A stretch of 64,000 nt of DNA from assembly GCA_963770895.1 (NCBI GenBank), contig CAVYRF010000002.1, positions 5,632,001 through 5,696,000 on the forward strand, given 5' to 3'. The DNA is from an uncultured Acidobacteriota bacterium. Its GTDB lineage: Bacteria > Acidobacteriota > Thermoanaerobaculia > Multivoradales > UBA5704. Below, piece by piece: positions 60,388 to 64,000 of the stretch. Below the pieces are notes generated by a model that had not been told where the DNA came from, searched no databases, and saw only the letters and a program-made list of their open reading frames with translations. A program made the position numbers and the translations under genes. The stretch's first letter is position 1. Each line of letters opens with the position of its first letter.

Positions 60388-60860
60388 GCACGTTCATGAC
60401 CGCCGTCGGACCGTTGGTGCGGCCGGATCTCATCTTTTCCGACCTGACCGCCACCGACCGCTCCGCGCTGTTGCGCGCGCTGGCCGACCGCATCGTGGCG
60501 GCCGGCGCCGCCGGCGCGGCAGGTGACGCCGGCGCCTTGTGGCAGGCGCTGCTCGAGCGCGAGCAGCTGGGCTCGACCGGGATAGGACATTGCACCGCGA
60601 TCCCGCACTGTAAGTTGAAGGGGCTCGACCATGGGATCGTGGCGGTCGGCATCGCCAGGTCCGGGGTGGATTTCGGAGCGCCCGACGGCAAGCCGGTGTC
60701 GATCTTCTTCGTCGTGCTGTCGCCGGCCGAAAACCCGTCCGAGCACCTGCAGATCCTGGCCAGGGTATCGCGCTGGGTGCGCGTCCAGGAGCACGTGGAT
60801 ACCTTGCTCCAGCTGGCCGACGACCAGGCCGTCTTCGACTATGTACGGGAGAGCCTCTGA
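60384..60860 (+). CDS. ptsN: PTS IIA (Ntr/Fru-type)
   Basis: EREQLGSTGIG...AIPH, GVDFGAPDGKPV. Confidence 0.9.
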   Translation: MSTFMTAVGPLVRPDLIFSDLTATDRSALLRALADRIVAAGAAGAAGDAGALWQALLEREQLGSTGIGHCTAIPHCKLKGLDHGIVAVGIARSGVDFGAPDGKPVSIFFVVLSPAENPSEHLQILARVSRWVRVQEHVDTLLQLADDQAVFDYVRESL

Positions 60861-61837
60861 TGCAGACCCCACCTCCGGCCATCGTGCCGGAGCCGGTGAC
60901 GGTGCGGGAGCTGCTCGGCGACGAGCTGGCCAGCCTCAACCTGCGGGTGCTGTCGGGGGAGTCGCACCTGGACAACCGCATCACCCACCCGCGGGTGCAA
61001 AAGCCCGGTCTGGCGTTTGCGGGCTACTTCGCCTACATCAAGGAGGGGCGAGTCCAGATCGTCGGCGAAAGCGAAACCGAATACATGCTGACGCTCGACG
61101 AAGCGGAGCGGCTGCGCCGCTTCGACGTCATCGCCAGCCTGCCGGTGCCGGTGTTCGTCATCACCAAGGGGCTGCCGCCGCTGCCCGGCTTCCTGGAGAG
61201 CTGCCAGCGCTCCGAGCTGCCGGTGCTGTCGTCGACGGCGCTGTCGTCGACGGTCATCAAGGCGATCAGCTACTTCCTGGAAGACCACCTGGTGCCGTCG
61301 ACGCGGCTGCACGGCGTGCTGCTCGACATCTACGGGCTGGGCGTGCTGCTGATCGGCGACAGCGGCGTGGGCAAGAGCGAGTCGGCGCTGGACCTGATCA
61401 GCCGCGGCCACAGCCTGGTGGCGGACGACCTGGTCTACGTCAAGCGCTATCCCAGCGGCGAGCTGGTCGGCTTCAGCGAAGGGCCGCTGCGGCTGCACAT
61501 GGAGCTGCGCGGCATCGGCATCATCAACGTCCAGGACCTGTTCGGCCTGGCCTCGGTGCGCGAGCGCAAGACGATCGACCTGGTGATCGAGCTGGAGCAT
61601 TGGCAGGCCGGGCAGGCCTACGACCGGCTCGGCCTGGACGAAACGGTGTTCCACATCCTGGACGTGCCGTGCCCTTACATCCGCATGCCCGTCGCGATGG
61701 GCCGCAACGTCGGCATCCTGGTCGAGATCGCGGCGCGCAACCACGTGCTCAAACTGCAGGGGCACCATTCGGCGCGCGAGTTCGCACGCAAGCTGGAGGC
61801 CGAGCTTGAGCGCAATCGCAAGGTTCCCGCCCGCTGA
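60860..61837 (+). CDS. hprK: HPr kinase/phosphorylase
   Basis: HGVLLDIYG.GVLL.GDSGVGKSE, LVADD, ELRGIGII. Confidence 0.96.
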   Translation: MQTPPPAIVPEPVTVRELLGDELASLNLRVLSGESHLDNRITHPRVQKPGLAFAGYFAYIKEGRVQIVGESETEYMLTLDEAERLRRFDVIASLPVPVFVITKGLPPLPGFLESCQRSELPVLSSTALSSTVIKAISYFLEDHLVPSTRLHGVLLDIYGLGVLLIGDSGVGKSESALDLISRGHSLVADDLVYVKRYPSGELVGFSEGPLRLHMELRGIGIINVQDLFGLASVRERKTIDLVIELEHWQAGQAYDRLGLDETVFHILDVPCPYIRMPVAMGRNVGILVEIAARNHVLKLQGHHSAREFARKLEAELERNRKVPAR

Positions 61838-62813
61838 TCCGCACGCCGGCGGACCGGTCGCGCCGCCGGCGGCGGTGCCTCCGGCACCGGCGCGGGAGGA
61901 TGCGCGGGCGTCGGCGGGCGCCGCCCTGCCCGCCGGACTGCCGGCCGACAAGCAGCGCCTGGTGCTGATCACCGGGCTTTCCGGCTCGGGCAAGAGCGTC
62001 GTCGCGCGCTGTTTCGAAGACCTCGGGTACTACACGGTGGACAACCTGCCGCTGCCGCTGCTGCGCGAGCTGCTGTCGCGGCCGCGCGAGCTGGCGTGCG
62101 GGCACGAGCGGATCGCGGTGGTCGCCGACTTGCGGGCGCCGGGGTTTGCGGCGGACTTCCCCGGCCTGGTCGCCGAGCTGGACGGCAGCGGCGCCTGCAT
62201 CCGGCCGACGCTGCTGTTCCTGGACGCGAGCGACGAGGTGCTGGTGCGGCGTTTCTCGGAGACGCGCCGGCCGCACCCGCTGGCCGCCGACCAGCCGCCC
62301 ATCGACGGCATCCGGCGCGAGCGCGAGCTGCTCGCCGGCGTGCGGCCGCGGGCGGACGTGGTGCTCGACACCAGCCGCTGGTCGATCCACGAAACGCGCG
62401 ACCAGATCTACCGGGCGTTCGCCGCGCCGGGCGCCGAGCCCGAAATGGTCATCACGCTCAACAGCTTCGGCTTCAAGCACGGCGTGCCGGTCGATGCCGA
62501 TCTGGTCTTCGACGTGCGCTTTCTGTCCAACCCGTACTTCGAGCCAGGGCTGCGCGAGCTCACCGGTCGGGACGCGGAGGTGATGGCCTACCTGGACCGG
62601 CAGGACGATTTCGCGGAAGTGATCGCGCGGCTGGCCGACCTGTTGGGCTTCCTTTTACCCCGCTATCGCTGCGAGAATCGCAGCTATCTCAACGTCGCGG
62701 TCGGCTGCACCGGCGGGCGTCACCGCTCGGTCGCCGTCTGCGAGCGCCTGCGCCAGCGGCTGGAGGCCGCGGGGTGGCCGGCGCGCCTGAGCCATCGCGA
62801 CGTGGCCCGCTAG
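61806..62813 (+). CDS. rapZ: RNase adapter RapZ/YvcJ
   Basis: TGLSGSGKS, FGFKHG, DVRFL.NP, GCTGGRHRSV; start uncertain. Confidence 0.93.
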   Translation: MSAIARFPPADPHAGGPVAPPAAVPPAPAREDARASAGAALPAGLPADKQRLVLITGLSGSGKSVVARCFEDLGYYTVDNLPLPLLRELLSRPRELACGHERIAVVADLRAPGFAADFPGLVAELDGSGACIRPTLLFLDASDEVLVRRFSETRRPHPLAADQPPIDGIRRERELLAGVRPRADVVLDTSRWSIHETRDQIYRAFAAPGAEPEMVITLNSFGFKHGVPVDADLVFDVRFLSNPYFEPGLRELTGRDAEVMAYLDRQDDFAEVIARLADLLGFLLPRYRCENRSYLNVAVGCTGGRHRSVAVCERLRQRLEAAGWPARLSHRDVAR

Positions 62814-62947
62814 TGGCACGGGTGGCAAGGCCGGCGGGGAAGGGCGGCGGCCGGCACCGGGCAGGCGAAAATGCAGCGCAAATTGGGAATGTTGCTGGGG
62901 CTGAATCTGCTGAATAGGGAGGGGGGCTTGCGCTCCACGGACTTACG

Positions 62948-63397
62948 ATGATCGGGACTTTGATCTTGACGCACGGCGGCGCCGCCAACGAGCTGCTGGC
63001 GGCAGCGCAGAAGATCGCGGGATCGCTGCCGTCGTTTGCGGCGTTGTGTCTGGATTGGAACGAGCCGATCGAGGAGCTGAAAGCCGAAGTGGGGCGGGCG
63101 ATCGAACGGCTGGACCAGGGGCAGGGGGTGTTGATCTTGACCGACATGTTCGGCAGCACGCCGTGCAACGTAGCCAGCTCGTACCTCGAAGAGGGCAGGG
63201 TGGAGATCCTGTCGGGCGTCAACCTGCCGATGGTCATGCGGCTGGCCTGCCAGCCGCGGCAGGAGGGGAGCCTCAAGGACCTTGCCCGGTGGCTGCAGGC
63301 GAAGACCCAGAAAAGCGTCTGCCTGGCCAGCGACTTGGTGCCAGCGAAGAAATGCGAAAATATAGCAGCGCTGATCAAGTCGGCGGCTCATGATTGA
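62948..63397 (+). CDS. PTS mannose/fructose-type IIA
   Basis: LTHG, LTDMFGSTPCN, SGVNLPM. Confidence 0.9.
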   Translation: MIGTLILTHGGAANELLAAAQKIAGSLPSFAALCLDWNEPIEELKAEVGRAIERLDQGQGVLILTDMFGSTPCNVASSYLEEGRVEILSGVNLPMVMRLACQPRQEGSLKDLARWLQAKTQKSVCLASDLVPAKKCENIAALIKSAAHD

Positions 63398-63659
63398 GCA
63401 AGACGCCGAGATCGTCAACCGGTTGGGCCTGCACGCGCGAGCGGCGGCGAAGCTGGTCAACACCGCGGCGCGTTTCCAGGCGCGCGTGACGATCTCGAAG
63501 GACGGCGAAGAAGTCGATGCCAAGAGCATCCTGGGTGTCCTGCTGCTCGCCGCCGGCCAGGGCAGCGAGCTGAAGGTGCGCTGCGAAGGCGCGGATGAAG
63601 GCGAGTGCATGCAGGCGTTGACCTCGCTCATCGCCGGCCGCTTCGATGAGGAGAGCTGA
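63390..63659 (+). CDS. ptsH: Phosphocarrier HPr
   Basis: GLHARAA, DAKSIL. Confidence 0.95.
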   Translation: MIEQDAEIVNRLGLHARAAAKLVNTAARFQARVTISKDGEEVDAKSILGVLLLAAGQGSELKVRCEGADEGECMQALTSLIAGRFDEES

Positions 63660-64000
63660 TGGCGGAGATGCTGGTCCTGCAGGGAATGGGCGTATCGGGC
63701 GGCGTCGCGATCGGTCGCGCGGTGGTGATCGAGACCCGCGAGCCCGACGTCTTCCGGCTGCCGTTGCTGGACGACCAGATCGCGGCCGAGCTGGAGCGTC
63801 TGGATCGGGCGGTGGCCCACGCGCGGGACGAGCTCAAGGTGACCCGGACGCAGGTGCAGGACGATTTCGGCGGGGACCTGGCGGGGATCTTCGACGCCCA
63901 CCTGCTGCTGCTCGCCGACGACCGCTTTCTGCGGCGGGTGGAGGAGCGCATCCGCACCCAGAAGGTCAACGCCGAATGGGCGGTGCACAAGACGGCCGAA
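63659..64000 (+). CDS. ptsI: PTS enzyme I, runs off window end
   Basis: LQGMGVSGGVAIG, AGIFDAHLLLL.D, NAEWA; follows HPr. Confidence 0.9.
   Translation, partial: MAEMLVLQGMGVSGGVAIGRAVVIETREPDVFRLPLLDDQIAAELERLDRAVAHARDELKVTRTQVQDDFGGDLAGIFDAHLLLLADDRFLRRVEERIRTQKVNAEWAVHKTAE

Noticed and set aside
62814-62830. Sigma54-like TGGCACG upstream of the EIIA gene
   Set aside because: GG-to-GC spacing is 8 rather than 10

Overview
GC-rich bacterial chromosome window, probably Acidobacteriota (two ADOP-type orphan permeases, ELWxxDGT and acidobacterial C-terminal domains, long LptC/A fusion); the taxonomy is inferred. Layout: (1) 1-7.5 kb ADOP permease, penicillin-acylase-like Ntn hydrolase and small genes. 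(2) tRNA-Leu(CAA) with a ~13 kb integrated island (57-bp att repeat) encoding a tyrosine integrase, Xis and a rolling-circle Rep. It contains a 5.05 kb cargo-carrying IS1595 transposon (24-bp TIRs, 8-bp TSD) and an IS630 inserted in that TSD. (3) 20.6-28 kb accessory stretch with HigBA, Phd-VapC and a BrnT relic. (4) 28.3-35.7 kb candidate new RiPP locus: ADOP permease, Cys/Ser/Thr-rich double-Gly precursor, ANL adenylating enzyme, GNAT and GT-C membrane protein, with no lanthionine synthetase. (5) Secreted BNR and S53 proteins, then carD..priA. (6) An inserted SIR2-like/TIR plus membrane STAND NTPase pair facing an unannotated 51-aa secreted peptide. (7) Core genes accA-recJ-lptC/A-lptB-rpoN-hpf-ptsN-hprK-rapZ-EIIA-ptsH-ptsI. 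All calls come from reading motifs by eye; no searches were run.
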